A stretch of DNA of 64,000 nucleotides from an uncultured Solirubrobacterales bacterium (lineage in GTDB: Bacteria > Actinomycetota > Thermoleophilia > Solirubrobacterales > JACPNS01). Positions 63,977 through 64,000 of the stretch are shown here, piece after piece; the stretch's first letter is position 1, and every line of letters begins with the position of its first letter. The stretch is taken from positions 245 to 64,244 of the forward strand of contig CAKZMQ010000025.1 in the NCBI GenBank assembly GCA_937128795.1. Reading direction: 5' to 3'. The notes below the pieces were generated by a model, which had not been told where the DNA came from, searched no databases, and saw nothing but the letters and a program-made list of their open reading frames with translations. The translations under genes were made by a program, and so were the position numbers.

Positions 63977-64000
63977 GCGTTTATGTTACATGAGATTATG

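Overview
This is a high-G+C, gene-dense bacterial chromosome segment. Leaderless genes and many TetR, MMPL, P450 and NarL-type genes suggest Actinomycetota, but taxonomy cannot be confirmed without a search. Most of the window is ordinary metabolism and housekeeping: a partial NUDIX gene, a bicupin, a crotonase, PEP synthase, an SDR, a Zn-ADH, two MacB/FtsX-type ABC exporters, a sulfatase, a multicopper oxidase, 2,4-dienoyl-CoA reductase, ResA/CcdA, glutamate decarboxylase, Ppx, Ppk, two NarL-type two-component systems, an MMPL transporter, a P450 and four TetR regulators. There are six tRNAs: Thr-CGU, Asp-GUC, Val-UAC, Glu-UUC, Lys-UUU. Four accessory elements stand out. (1) A visibly lower-GC block lies directly after tRNA-Thr (about 6950-15200). 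It carries an excisionase-type HTH plus an expanded PIN-like protein, a translationally coupled type I R-M operon (small ORF, hsdM, hsdS, hsdR) and a Cys-rich secreted protein. hsdS contains a perfect 12-bp x4 tandem repeat in its central spacer region. No integrase is present. (2) An HUH/Y1 REP-associated tyrosine transposase (RAYT-like) gene is flanked by inverted copies of a 23-bp palindromic REP-like element, and a REPIN-like inverted doublet of the same element sits 8 kb away. (3) There is a vapBC pair and a nucleotidyltransferase-fold two-gene module with a leaderless promoter inside a palindrome. (4) Two long non-coding stretches (25.5-25.9 kb and 57.0-57.5 kb) are strongly structured but match no RNA family I can name. 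I did not recognise a clearly new multi-gene system. The best candidates for follow-up are the HTH/expanded-PIN pair beside the R-M operon, the RAYT/REP system and the unassigned structured RNA. All calls come from reading the sequence and the ORF track. No database search was run.
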